Assembly: GCA_951406725.2 (NCBI GenBank)
Contig: OX597830.1
Coordinates: 61,690,001-61,754,000 of the forward strand
Origin: Octopus vulgaris
Taxonomy: Eukaryota
Direction: 5' to 3'
Length of the DNA stretch: 64,000 bases
The notes under the pieces: model-generated
The model's database searches: none
Told to the model about the DNA's origin: nothing
Seen by the model: only the letters and a program-made list of their open reading frames with translations
Program-made: the position numbers and the translations under genes
Shown here: positions 28,107 through 42,289 of the stretch, one piece after another
How positions within the stretch are numbered: the stretch's first letter is position 1
How the letters are laid out: each line of letters begins with the position of its first letter

Positions 28107-28163
28107 TGAAACGTTTCTAGAATCGGCAAATATATGCTCGGCTTTGACAACTTCTTCAGTCGG
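28107..28163 (-). ncRNA. Degenerate hammerhead-like motif
   Basis: Minus strand CGA-CTGAAGA-AGTTGTCAAA...TTTGCCGATT-CTA-GAAAC-GTT-TCA; imperfect stems I and II. Confidence 0.4.
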
Positions 28164-28537
28164 ACTAAATTATGGATGAGCAACACACAGCTATCTCTAC
28201 TAAACGGAATGGGCATTAAGCTAACAGTATTAAAATATGTCGGGTTTAAAGCTCATAATTTTCAATATATAATTTACCTGCGGGGGTTGAATGTTTAATC
28301 GTTAATTGGTAAACGCGAGTTCAATAGCAAGGTTAACCAATTTAAGCAGAACGAACAAATAATTGCTCCTGTAGGGGAGTAACTAAAGCGAGAGTATCGT
28401 CGGTTCGCTCAACTATGAAAATATTCAATCTCTGGCCAAGACAAGGAAGAAACCGAGAGGAGAGACAGAGTGAAATGCCAGCTTCTGTAGAATATATATA
28501 CTTTAATAATTATATAGAGCTCGTCCCCAACTGTCTG

Positions 28538-28587
<50 letters not shown>

Positions 28588-28714
28588 TATACACGAGTGC
28601 ATGTGCGCATGTGTGAGTATGTTACTGTTATTGCAAAGAATCTAGAAAAATAAAAGCGATCAAAATAATATGCTTGTATAGCACGTGAGCGCACTGATAA
28701 ATATCATAGAATCC

Positions 28715-28757
<43 letters not shown>

Positions 28758-28962
28758 CATACATACATACATACAGACAGACAGACAAATATACACATAC
28801 ACACATATATTCCAAAACAGAGATGTGCATACATACATAAATGTGCGCAAGCACTGACATACTAATTCAAGCGTGTATATGTGCGAACATGTATAAATAT
28901 ATATATATATGTGTGTGTGTATATATATATATGTTTCTGTGTTGAGTGTCCATGTTTGAGCG

Positions 28963-29008
<46 letters not shown>

Positions 29009-29603
29009 CGATTATGTATTTACGTTATGTGTAAGCATGTACATATAAGCAAATATAAAGACATCTATTGACAAATATTCACAAAAGATAACGATACAAA
29101 CTCACTCACACTGATGACTTACCCGCTTAAAGACACACACGAAGACGACAATATTTACAGATTGGAGTACACGTCTGTTTTATTATGGAGACTTGATTTG
29201 TTGGGAAAACTCGTTGTTGGTGGTCCTTTGATATCGAATATGGCGTCCGTGAGGGGAATTTTGAAACAAACGAGAGAGAAAAAAATCTCTTGCACTCTTA
29301 CTCCTCTTTCCCTGCCACAGTCAATTCATTCACATATGAAGACTCTACATTTATATTTCTCTATCTCTCTATCAATCTATTTGTTAAGTCTGCTTTCCTT
29401 TTCGTGTGTATTTGTGTACATTTATGTACACACACACACACATACACGCATACGTGTAGTTGTGTGTATATCTATAGGCATACACATACACAGACATATG
29501 ATCATACGCACGAATATATATTGATAGATAGATAGGTAGATAGATACACATACAAATATATACACATAATTTTATACACATATATATGTATGGGTACATT
29601 TAA

Positions 29604-29644
<41 letters not shown>

Positions 29645-29683
29645 CATGTGTGCATATACATATATAGATATACGTGTGTGTGT

Positions 29684-29754
<71 letters not shown>

Positions 29755-29756
<2 letters not shown>

Positions 29757-30152
29757 CACAGGAGTGGCTGTGTGATAAGTAGCTTCCTTACCAACTACAT
29801 GGTTCCGGAGTTCAGTTCCACTGTGTGGCAGCGTGAGCAAGTGTCTTCTAGAATAGCCTCGGGGCGACCAAAGCCTTGTGAGTGGATTTAGCAGACGGAA
29901 ACTGAAAAAAGCCCATCTTATATATACATGTGTGTGGGTGTGTCTGTGTATTTGTGTTGTGTGTGTTTGTGTGTGTATGTGTACGTTGTGTGTTTGTTCC
30001 ACACCATCGCTTGACAACCGATGCTGGTGTATTTACGATAGAATAAGTACTCGGCTTACAAAAAATAAGTCTCGGGGTCGAATTCTTCGACTAAGCGCGG
30101 TGCTCCAACATGGCCATACTCAAATGACTGAAACAAATAGGAGAATAAAAGA
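29755..30152 (+). mobile_element. SINE family A
   Basis: CAGGAGTGGCTGTGTGATAAG head through AATGACTGAAACAA tail. Confidence 0.88.
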
Positions 30153-30195
30153 ATATATATACATTCATGTATATATATACATTTATGCGTCTATG

Positions 30196-30275
<80 letters not shown>

Positions 30276-30494
30276 CAAAATACAAAATGGGACAAGAATG
30301 CAAAACATCCGAAAAGTTAGGTGATACAAAAATGGGACAACAAAACATCCAGATAGACGATAAAAGGAAACAAGGACGGGTCATTCGAAGTTTTCTTTCC
30401 TCAGTCAAGTACCAGAATATCTTCGCAATTTCGGCTAATTATACTTGAGATTGCTCAAATCTGGCCAACCCCCTATATATATATATATATTAAA

Positions 30495-31520
30495 AATAAG
30501 ATATGGTCCGTTGTCTTCTGCTGAACCGGGGTCATCCCTTGACCATAGGGTCACAGTCGGTCCTCATCTCATGGAGAGTACATGGCGTAAAATGTGTACG
30601 GAACCTAGCAACACTATTTTCTGAAGTTCTCCCCCGTTAACACTGCAAGGGAGATTGTTGAGTTGCTTATCAAGGCCCTTTTTAATTAGCCCTAACGATC
30701 CAATCACCACTGGTGCTGTGCCACTTTTCATTCCCCACGTCTTGGTCACTTCTGTCTCTAGGTTTTTGTACTTAAATACCTTCTTAACTTCTTTACTGGA
30801 CACATTTCTCTCTGATGGTACTGTCACATCCATCATTAAGCATTTCTTATTCTTCCCATCTTTGATGATTATGTCCGGACTGTTTGCCTTGATTTCTGTA
30901 TCGGTGTTGATTGACATGTCCCAGAGTACTGTTACATCATCTTTTCCGGAAGCTGGTAGTGTTTACATATCTTCCAATGGATATATCGCGCTACTCTATC
31001 GTGTCTATGAATATATTCGGTTTTGACAAGCAGTTAAGATGTGGTCCACTGTTTCATCCTGCTCATGACACATTCTGCATTTCGGGTCAGTGCCATCGTT
31101 CATTATTTTGTTGTGGTAAGCCCTGGTGTTGCCAAGCTTTGATCTCGTCCTGCTATGATAAAACCTTCGGTTTCAGCCTTCAACCCTGAGCTCTTCATCC
31201 ATACATGAGTGTCTCGTTTTTCTACATCTGGTTTGTTCACTCTACATGGGTATCGGCCATGCATCGGTTTTTCTAGCCATTCTTCTTTGCTCTTCTTCTG
31301 GGCTTGTTTTTTAATCTCTTCCTTAATTATTTTAGCAAACTTTCTCACTCGCCTTTATCCTAGGTCATCAGTTGTTTCTTAAACTCTACAGATTCTTTGT
31401 ATACCGAGTATAGCTTCTTTACTTTATCATGCTGGTGCACAAGCTTCATTAGAAGATATTTTGACAGCTCAAGATATGTATTTAATCTTACAGCGGTGGT
31501 TTTGTAAGATAAATTTGTAA
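30495..31520 (-). mobile_element. 5'-truncated R4/Dong-like non-LTR element (CCHC and RLE region)
   Basis: WMKSSGLKAETEGFIIAGRDQSL; ANSPDIIIKD..CLMMDVTVP; VVIGSLGLIKK..LQKIVLLGSVHILRHVL; next to (TTA)n at 31540-31640. Confidence 0.88.
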
Positions 31521-31539
31521 GAACTAAACCCCATGAATA

Positions 31540-31594
<55 letters not shown>

Positions 31595-31741
31595 TTACAT
31601 TATTATTATATTATTTTATATTATATTATATTATATTATATTTATTATATTATATTATATTAGAGGAAAAATCAAAACCATGGCAAAACGAGTATCTTAT
31701 GTCATTTAAAACAATTTAATAAGGTTAAGGTGAATTTGAAG

Positions 31742-31816
31742 TCTTACAGATGTTTCTGGAATAACCCACGTAGTACGATAGCATGTGTCCATGCACTGGG
31801 TATACCGTCATCAGAG

Positions 31817-31817
<1 letters not shown>
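31742..31817 (-). ncRNA. Type I hammerhead ribozyme motif in a ~160-bp insert (31660-31820) between microsatellites
   Basis: TCT-CTGATGA-CGGTATACCCA...TGGGTTATTCCA-GAAA-CATCT-GTA-AGA: intact core, stem I UCU/AGA, stem III ACA-UC-UGU. Confidence 0.72.
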
Positions 31818-31855
<38 letters not shown>

Positions 31856-31861
31856 TATAAT

Positions 31862-31936
<75 letters not shown>

Positions 31937-32102
31937 GGAGTAAACACATAAATGTGAAACAAGGTGGAAAAAGAGTACTCAAATACCAGTGGTAGAGTAA
32001 TATGCTTTATTTAAAGCACCGGAAAATTCAACAAAACCTGTTACTCTGAGTTTCACGTCCCCTTTTATTATTAATATTATTAATATCTATCTATAGATAG
32101 AT

Positions 32103-32133
<31 letters not shown>

Positions 32134-32136
32134 TAT

Positions 32137-32228
<92 letters not shown>

Positions 32229-32254
32229 GTATGTATGTATATATGTATATATAT

Positions 32255-35010
32255 TTAAAGTTTTTATTTTTTAGAATGAGATAAAAAAACCAAGGCTGTG
32301 AAGATTTTAGAATATTTATAAATAGGTCTTACTGCTGTTTCCAGGATATTTATTATATCCCTTCATCGGAGACAGTGTGAGAGAGTGGTTAACCAATAGT
32401 TAATTTAGATAAGATACGAACTGGAGAGTGAAGTGGAGGAATGAGAATAAATGTGAGATATGCAGGGATATTGTATTTGTAGATCCATTATTTAGGCAGA
32501 ACGGTATACATATAAAGATTCCAATACCTTTTGAGTAAAATCCTAGAGTATCTAAAATTGGTCATTCCAAGTATAAAGTTTGAATGAAGGGCTTTATTTA
32601 TTATTGAAAATTTCCACTGAGGAAATTTTCAATAATCACGCACCATATTACAATGAAGCACTCGCCGCTAGCGGCTTTTCCCAACAAATAGAAAACATCC
32701 ATAACACCAGGCTCAAACAATGCATATCTCAAATCACATCTCAAACACACAACCAACCACATACACTCGTCGATGGAACCCTGGAAGGTCTTTACACCTC
32801 GGCAACCTAGACCTCACATACGTACATTTAACACTAGGTCAAAAACGAAAATAGCTAAAACAGCTGACAACAACAGGCCTCACCACCCACATACCTTCTC
32901 CAAGAATATTGATAGCACTCCTTTATCTAAAAACTTAGATAGCACTACTCCCAGACCCCTTTAAAGAAGCGGCGGACGCTCTATTCTGTGGTACACACCC
33001 CCATTCTCGCTTAACGTTAAGAACTTCTTTAAAATACTAGACTCTAACTTCCCTCGGCAACATAAATATCATTCTATATTTAATCGATCCACCCTGAAGC
33101 TATCTTATTCTACCTCACCCAACTTCGAATCTATTGTACCTGCCTGTAATAAGCAAAAGCTTTTTCTCTACTATCAAAACTCACATAACTTCAACACCAG
33201 TCATACGAATACTCAACACCCACACAGCTCTAGCACAGATACCCTTACATTAGATCACAGCCACAGCCCAACCCATCCTACTGACACTACCCGAAACACC
33301 ACAATCTCTACCACCCTTACAAATAGTACAATTAATAAGAACAATAGTAATAATAGCAATGATGGTAATGATAACGTTAATAATACTAATAATATAGACT
33401 CTTCTACCCCCTTCTCTAACCTCTCCTCTGACGGTATTACCTCCTCTATTCTGGAACACAGTCCCCAAAATTCACCTAATTGTAACTGACGTCCTGGAAC
33501 CATCTGCCCGTTACAAACCCATTGCAGAAGATATAATGTAATTTACAAATGCACTGTCCTTAATCTATTACACAACTCTACAGCCATATACATAGGATCA
33601 ACCGAACATTTTAAGCAATGATATGCCGCTCATCTCCATTCTTTTAGATACGATAAACATTGTAAATTTACAACACTTGCTAACTACATACATCATCTCA
33701 AAAATACAAATATACTCTATACTCTATCATGGTCCATACTGGACTCAAGGCTTCCCTACCGAGGTCAACGCTCAACCTGCAAACTGCCTTTAGGGGTCAC
33801 TTCACATACTAAAGCACAACTCTCCAGCACTGCTAAATAAGCATAATGAGGCACTAAGCACATGCAACCACCGCTTTTTTCACACATTCAAATTCTACCA
33901 CAAATCCAAATGCTTACACGACCATACAGTATATTTCCACAATACCCCTTAGGTAATCCCAATAACCTTATAAATCTGCATTTTAACTCTTAATCCCTAT
34001 CTAATTCCTCACTCATACTCGAATATCACAACCATCTAATTATATTCGTGTGTATATGCGTGCATGCATATGTGCGTGTATATGTATGTGTGTGTGTGCG
34101 TGTATGTATGTATGTTTGTATGCAAGGTATGTATACCTGCGTATACAGGGGTTGATAATACATACAGATACACGTATATATGGGTGTGCATGTGTACATA
34201 TACACATGGGTACGAGTTGTATATGTAGATATTGATATGTATAAACATCTGTATAAATATATATATATACATGTCTAATATATACATATGTATGTAATAT
34301 ATACATCTTCACATATATATTTTCTTCTACTACTAAGCACTGACCTGTCCGACCACCTAATCTATATTCCTAAATTCTTCATTCCATACTACTACCCCTC
34401 TCTCTGCCCCATCACTTAGACTCTATCACTACTTAACTGACACTCCTTTACTGTTTATACCTCTCTCTCTATCATCCCTCATTCCTTCTATCTTTTTACA
34501 CTCTAATACCTTTCTCTTTCTATCACCTTCATCTCCCTATTCCTACTTTCAAATTATCTTGGCTGACCACTAACTGGTACACTTTCCATTATTATCACTC
34601 TCCTTGCTTTTCTTTTTTCTTTCTTTTCTTTATTCCTCTCTTCCTGTTTTTCCTTCTTTTTTCTTCTTCTTCTTCCCTTTTTTCTTCTCTTTTTTCTTCT
34701 CTTTTGTTTTTCTTTTCTTTATTCTTCTCTTCCTATTTTCGATTTGACCTCACAAATACATTCCCTACTTTTAGATCACTTTAAATAAAACCCTCGATTC
34801 AATAGCACTGTGTACAAACTTGATACTTGGAATGACCAATTTTAAATACTATTGGATTTTACGCACAAGGTATTGGAATCTCCACTTCACTCTATATTTC
34901 GTATCTTATCTAAATTAATAAATATCCTGGAAACAGCTGTAAGACATTCCGTTTATAAATGTTCTAAAACCTTCACAGCCTTGGGTTTTTATCTCATTCT
35001 GAAAAGAAAA
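32255..35010 (+). mobile_element. 5'-truncated Penelope-like element (Naiad-type) with inverted pseudo-LTR
   Basis: ISTEEIFNNHAPYYNEALAASGF, ILWYTPPFS..IFNRSTLKLSYS, CN*RPGTICPL..C..VIYKC, IYIGSTEHFKQ*Y..H (GIY-YIG), LLNKHNE..TCNH. 32255-32600 is an inverted copy of 34780-35010. Confidence 0.85.
32326..32373 (-). ncRNA. Hammerhead motif in the inverted pLTR (core U4C)
   Basis: GTCT-CCGATGA-AGGGATAT-AATAA-ATATCCTG-GAAAC-AGCA-GTA-AGAC. The 3' pLTR keeps only the 3' half, GAAACAGCTGTAAGAC, with palindromic stem III. Confidence 0.68.
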
Positions 35011-35375
35011 TTATATATATACACACGCTGATATGTGACGTTGGACTCCTTACTCGCATAATCACCGAACCTGGAGCTTACCTATGGTCTATCCATAGCA
35101 CTTACTCAGCATTACCAGACACCTTTGGGTCTCACTGACATCATGTTCGACTATGTGCTTCTGGCTTAATTACGCACGAATTGTGCTTAATAGTTTAGTG
35201 CTAATTAGTTCATCCTGCTGTTTGTATTGGCAGTTTACATCATAACCGTGGCAAACAATAGATACTTAATTAAATACCAAGATTAAATGTTTGAACTACT
35301 AGGGTTTTTCATAAGCGGGACTTAAACCTGTACATTAATCTCCAATAAAACATTTTATACATTACATGCCCATAA

Positions 35376-35604
35376 AATGTCTCGTAGATCTTATTCAACT
35401 ATGTTTAAACTTGAAGTTATATCATATGCTGAAGGACGTTACCGTATACATTTTTACAAACCAAGGACGTTATATAGACCTCCTTGACTCAAGTTAGAGA
35501 AGGAGTGCGTATTATACACAAGGTTTAGGTTTTTCAGAGGTACAGCCCCCTAAAAATCCCCAGCAAATAATACTCATGGGTGGACTATATTCGAGGATTT
35601 ACAG
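35376..35604 (+). mobile_element. pogo/Tigger-like fragment
   Basis: MSRRSYSTMFKLEVISYAEG N-terminus; terminal TATATTCGAGGATTTACAG-TA. Confidence 0.55.
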
Positions 35605-35665
<61 letters not shown>

Positions 35666-36603
35666 TAATAATATTAATAATAAAAGGGTAAGATTAAATA
35701 ATTAATTAATTAATAATTTTACCAAGAAGATCGGTACGTTAAAATACCCTTTTTAGGCAAAATTACACAAATATTCTATAATTATAAACATAGGTGTCAG
35801 CTAATTGCTGATGTGGTGAAACAATTAGCTTGATCGTAAAAATTGTCCACAATCCATTCTTGGCTCACGTGGGTTTTCTGAGAAGGTGTTAAGTTTTACT
35901 GTAAAACATTTGGCCTTCTACATCAAGAACTTAACAAATGTCTCCATCACCTCTATTTATTTATTCGAAATAGATAACTTTATTTACTTTCGATATACTT
36001 TTGAGTAAGAACGGTAGCTCAGCAATGGGGTCTATGACAAACCTTTACACAATATGGAAAAGAAATTCCATCAGTTCTCCGATAAAGCCCAAATTGTTTC
36101 ATTCATTGCTAACTTCAAACATTTCATATGCATGTGACAGCTAGATATTCACGGTCGACATGGGACGTAGAGTCCAAGTGTTCGAGTACACGTGCCTTCT
36201 TAGACGGCAGCTGCTCATCTCATACACAGAACACAAGACAAAAAGCTTTGTCAAGTAGTTTGGTCACCAGATATGCTGATAGGCAAAAACCACTCTTTGC
36301 CACTGGGAAACGATGAAAGTTCGACTGGAACACGTATCCCTACGCAGCTCTCTTATTTTACTGTCTCATGAGCCATTGTCAGCGAAACTTCTTGTATGCT
36401 TGTTCGAATAATGTATTTAAACACTACATCTGAATATGATGAATTAAATAGCCCTTTGTATATATGTCCCTGCAAAATTCTTTATTTGCTTGTTTTCCAT
36501 GTATTTATATAATTTTCGACGTCGGTTTTGTTATATTTCACAGTTTAATACTTAAGGACATCGGTTGTCGTTCCCATTTTGCAATGTTTTTCTAGCACTC
36601 TTT

Positions 36604-36664
<61 letters not shown>

Positions 36665-37002
36665 CGCGATCGTGCGTGTTTATTCATTGAAAATAAATAG
36701 TTCTTAAACCTTATAGGACGAGATCTGGTGACAGTTGACTGACCTTAATTCGGTCAGACCTGGCAGTTGTCATAATGCTTCAAAGATCACCAACATTGCA
36801 TTCAATTTTATAAATTTGTCTATTTTTCAACACATAAGCACTTTCCCAGCAATCTCTTTCCCCCTATTTTCAAGTAATAAATAAGCTCAACTCTTTATTT
36901 TTCTAACTTCTCTCTTTATTTACTCTTCCTTTTACTCTTTTCGATTTACAAATTCGGCAGTTTTCGACCATTGCGTTTTATACCTTACTCTTTACTCTTT
37001 TT

Positions 37003-37403
37003 CTCTTTTACTTGTTTCAGTCATTTGACTGTGGCCATGCTGGAGCACCACCTTTAGTCGAGCAAATCGCCCCCCAGGACTTATTCTTTGTAAGCCCAGT
37101 ACTTATTCTATCGGTCTCTTTTGCCGAACCGCTGAGTTACGGGGACATAAACACACCAGCATCGGTTGTCAAGCGATGTTAGGAGGACAAACACAGACAC
37201 ATAAACACATACACACACATACATATATATACATATATACGACGGGCTTCTTTCAGTTTCCGTCTACCAAATCCACTCACAAGGCTTTGGTCAGCCCGAG
37301 GCTATAGTAGAATACACTTGCCCAAGGTGCCACGTAGTGGGACTGAACCCTGAACCATGTGGTCGGTAAGCAAGCTACTTACCACACAGCCACTCCTACG
37401 CCT
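37003..37403 (-). mobile_element. SINE family A, full length
   Basis: Complete reverse-complement copy. Confidence 0.9.
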
Positions 37404-37602
37404 TATTAATTTCATTTCTATTTTTGTTTTTCTTTATCTTTATGTATCTAATTTATCTATATAATATATGAGATTTGACTTTTAAATGCTACAAAAATGC
37501 TAATGTATCTCTCATTTCTGTTTTATATTTTCTGTTTTACAGTTTTCTGGTCTTCTATTTCAACTCTTTTCCTCCTGTCACACGTTCCCTATATTACTTC
37601 GT

Positions 37603-37834
37603 AAGGCGGCGAGCTGGCAGAGACGTTAGCACGCCGGGCGAAGTGCTTCGCGGTATTTCGCCCCTTCGCTACGTTCTGAGTTCAAATTCCGCCGAGGTCG
37701 ACTTTGCCTTTCATCCTTTCGGGGTCGATAAATTAAGTACCAGTTACGCACTGGGGTCGATGTAATCGACTTAATCCGTTTGTCTGTCCTTGTTTGTCCC
37801 CTCTGTGTTTAGCCCCTTGTGGGTAATAAAGAAA
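37603..37834 (+). mobile_element. SINE family B, full length
   Basis: GGCGGCGAGCTGGCAGAGACGTTAGC head, GAGTTCAAATTCC B-box, CATCCTTTCGGGGTCGATAAA core; imperfect TSD ATATTA(C/T)TTC. Confidence 0.9.
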
Positions 37835-37881
37835 CATATTATTTCTTAATTTCTATTCTCCCACCTGAAGTTTTCTCCAAC

Positions 37882-37977
<96 letters not shown>

Positions 37978-38809
37978 TTATAACTCTGCTTTCTTAATCA
38001 TTTCATACTTCTTGTATTTCTCCCCCCCCCTTTACTGTTGCTTCCTCTACATCAATTACTCTTATTCTCTGCCAATTAATGAATCAATCACACTCATTTG
38101 CTTTCACATTTCTTTAATGAGTTGCAGTAGAGTCTTTATCTCCCATTGAGTTTTAATTACCGTATCCAATGGAGGTCACATCTTGTACGATTCAAAATCA
38201 TAAACTCAGAAGTTGACGAAAGGGCGATGAACTCTGACCGCAAGAATGGGAGATGAGAGAACTTAGAGACTCGCAATGCAGTTTACTACAGACTAGATAG
38301 TCAGTTCTACAGTATTATTTAACCGGAACTAGATCATCCCCAGAAAGCTAATAATTTCGTTCACGCCATCACGCTTCTGTAGATTTGAAACTCCAAGTGA
38401 ATAAGTCTAATGTTTCCAACTTCATGAAATGATATCATTGTTATTAAGTGTAACTGAAACGCTTCTGACGGAAACTTAAGCAGCGACCAATGGACCAAAG
38501 ATACATAAGTATTCTCTGGTTCCCACACTCTACCAACAACGGTGGTACACACACGCGCACATACGCTGACAGAAACGCGTGCGCGAGCACCCGAACACAC
38601 ATTGACGCATACAAACATACACAAACAGTCAAACGCGCATTGACGTAAATACATACATGTATATGTGTATATTTATGAGTGTATACTTATACGCACATAT
38701 ATGTACGCATTTGTATATATATATACACAAAGAATAGAAGTCGATTATTATTACAGATAATGATTCACTCTTTAAGTGATTTCAGTAATCAAATTCCAAT
38801 ATATTGTAG

Positions 38810-38842
<33 letters not shown>

Positions 38843-39007
38843 TGTATGTATGTATGTATGTATGTATGTATGTATGTATGTATGCATCTATGTGTACGTG
38901 TGTGCATATCTGTGTATATGTGTGTGTGCATGTGTATATGTACATATATATATATGTGTGTGTGTGAGTGTCTATGTGTGTGTGTGTGTATCAATGAATA
39001 TAAACAG

Positions 39008-39062
<55 letters not shown>

Positions 39063-39087
39063 TCTATACTATATATATATACATACA

Positions 39088-39123
<36 letters not shown>

Positions 39124-39144
39124 TATATTGCTATTTATATCAAT

Positions 39145-39184
<40 letters not shown>

Positions 39185-39198
39185 CTGTTTATATTCAT

Positions 39199-39260
<62 letters not shown>

Positions 39261-39261
<1 letters not shown>

Positions 39262-39666
39262 GGCGCAGGAGTGGCTGTGTGGTAAGTAGCTTGCTAACCA
39301 ACCACATGGTTCCGGGTTCAGTCCCACTGCGTGGCATTTTGGGCAAGTGTCTTCTGCTATAGCCCCGGGCCGACCAATGCCTTGTGAGTGGATTTGGTAG
39401 ACGGAAACTGGAAAGAAGCCTGTTGTATATATGTATATATTTATATATATGTGTGTATGTGAGTGTTTGTGTGTCTGTGGTTGTCCCCCTAGCATTGCTT
39501 GACAGCCGATGCTGGTATGTTTATGTTCCCGTCACTTAGCGGTTCGGCAAAAGACACCGATAGAATAAGTACTGGACTTACAAAGAATAAGTTCCGGGAT
39601 CGATTTGCTCGACTAAAGGCGGTGCTCCAGCATGGCCACAGTCAAATGACTGAAACAAGTAAAAGT
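39261..39666 (+). mobile_element. SINE family A, full length
   Basis: AGGCGCAGGAGTGGCTGTGTGGTAAG...GGTTCAGTCCC...GACTGAAACAAGTAAAAG. Confidence 0.92.
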
Positions 39667-39671
39667 GAGTA

Positions 39672-39779
<108 letters not shown>

Positions 39780-40105
39780 TATGTGTACGCGTTTGAACTG
39801 TGTCTATGCGTGTAGAGAAACCGATTTTGTTAAATTCTCAACTATGATAACGAAAATTCTAATTTCATTTCATGAAGTTCACACTAGCAGCGATCACACT
39901 CAAATCTGTGAGGATCGAATAAAGGGCAATCAAGTTAGAAATCCTGATATAAGTGGGGACAGTGGGTTTTGAGATGTTCTTTGCTACTGAAATATTCATG
40001 TTTCTCTCAAGATGTGAGTGAAAGGGGGGAAATGCACAAATGTAAATGTAATTGATCAAATTTTCCATGCATGAAGATGCATAAACTTATCCCTTAAAAC
40101 ATTCC

Positions 40106-40556
40106 GGATCTTTTCGGTTTGGACGGCAGTTTTTAACATAATTTCTAGGTAACTAAAAAATTTTAAACTTCGTGTACTGGTAGAATATGTTTATAAAACA
40201 TCTTTTTCTCTTGGCTTTATTGAGAAAATTCTGTAGTTTGTAAGATATTTGGTCTTTAATTTCTTGCATTTCGGCAATTTTAACCAATCACTGGCGTCTA
40301 ATGAGGTAAAATAAACATTCTGTGCCATATGAATATGTCCCTCGTTTAAGAAATAGATTGGGTTTATTTACATTTGTGAAGAAAAAGAGATACCCTTCCC
40401 CTACCTCTAACCCTAACCCTAACCCTAATCCTAACCCTAACTAACCCTAACCCTAAAACTGATTGAAATGCAATAGATCGATTTTAGGGTCATAATTATG
40501 GGTGACAATTTCATATGACAACGTTAGAAAAACTGCTGTTCAAACCGAAAAGATCC
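40106..40556. mobile_element. Merlin-like MITE with (CCCTAA)n, copy 2
   Basis: Same TIRs; 8-bp TSD AACATTCC. Confidence 0.88.
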
Positions 40557-40601
40557 AACATTCCAGATGGACACGGTTGTGCATGCATGCAAACATATGC
40601 A

Positions 40602-40659
<58 letters not shown>

Positions 40660-41110
40660 GTTAAACGCAAACGTAAACAGAAGACAATCGATGTTTCATA
40701 CAAGATTTTTGCGTTGCTAAAAGTTTAATAGATCAAAAGCCTTTAATCGGCCTGGGCAGAAAACTAAGCAAAAAACTGAACCCTCCGCTGCAGTCTAAAC
40801 TTTCGGTTAGCTGAATTAAAACCACGGTCTGCAAGCACCTTGCCAAAACCTTTCATGTATTATTTCGCTGAAATCTGCGATGTGAGAAAGCGGGATTAAC
40901 TCTAACTATTGCTACGAAGTTGTCTCCCATGCACTAGTCGTAGCCAAATTTCTGATCTGGCTGAGTGACTCGAAACGGCAAATATAAACGAGTCTTACTA
41001 AGCATCTAATAACAATCGGTCCTGTTTAGAAGCAGCAATTACCTCATCACTAACAATCTGAGCTTCCACCCGGCCAAACTTTTGTAATGAAAATTTGAGT
41101 CAATATATAT

Positions 41111-41282
41111 AAGCGCAGGAGTGGCTGTGTGGTAGGTAGCTTGCTTACCAACCACATGGTTCTAGGTTCAGTCCCACTGCGTGGCATCTTGGGCAAGTGT
41201 CTTCTGCTATAGCCCCGGGCCGACCAATGCCTTGTGAGTGGATTTGGTAGACGGAAACTGAAAGAAGCCTGTCGTATATATG

Positions 41283-41319
<37 letters not shown>

Positions 41320-41522
41320 ATCTGTGTGTGTGTGTGTGTTTGTCCCCCTAGCATTGCTTGACAACCGATGCTGGTGTGTTTACGTCCACGGCACTTAGCG
41401 GTTCGGCAAAAGAGACCGATAGAATAAGTACTGGGCTTACAAAGAATAAGTCCCGGGGTAGATTTGCTCGACTAAAGGCGGTGCTCCAGCATGGCCGCAG
41501 TGAAATGACTGAAACAAGTAAA

Positions 41523-41523
<1 letters not shown>
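41111..41523 (+). mobile_element. SINE family A, full length
   Basis: Near-identical to 39261-39666. Confidence 0.92.
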
Positions 41524-41578
<55 letters not shown>

Positions 41579-42289
41579 GTCTAGGACTTCGTGTTGCAAG
41601 ATTCCTGATGTGAAATCGTGTGTTGAAACAGTTAATGTATTTCGGAATGGTCAATTTTTTCTTTGTCAAATACACACACGCACTATGCATTCGTTCTTCA
41701 CCCATTTATTACTGTTCTTATTCTGACTCATGTTCATTGTCCGTCACACAATCTTTCGTCACACATCTGTGACCTCCTCGGTGACACTTCTCGTTTTCAT
41801 GTGTGCTCTTGCTCCACTTATTTCATCCTGTTCTTCTATGATGATAATCCTTATGTGCGCATGCGCTTGCGTTCCCGCGCGTGCGCGCGTGTGTCATTGT
41901 TCTTAATAGCTCTACGACCTTCCCCTCAGCCCCCCCCCCCCCCCGCTATCGCTACTGCTGTCCTAGGACCCGAAATTTGCTACAGTTCCTGTATCTCTTT
42001 GTGTGTGTCCGCCCACGTTGCTGCAATCGTGGTTGTTGTTGTTGCAATGACCATCCCGAAATACAACAATATGTATGTGTGCGTGTGTGTGTATGTGTAT
42101 GCTATGCATATCTCTCTCTATATATATACATATATATATAGCAAAAATTTAGATTTAGATGAATATAGTACTTAAGTTAGGCCACCAGAATTTTGTATGC
42201 TATTATCCATTAAAATGAAAATAAGCAACAAGGATATCCAGAGGTAATGCAGTACGATCGTTTCATGCACATTGCCAAAAGAGCCTGGG

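Noticed and set aside
35900-36120. Very decayed PLE RT-like peptide (FDILL..GVYDKP)
   Set aside because: Too short and frameshifted to support.
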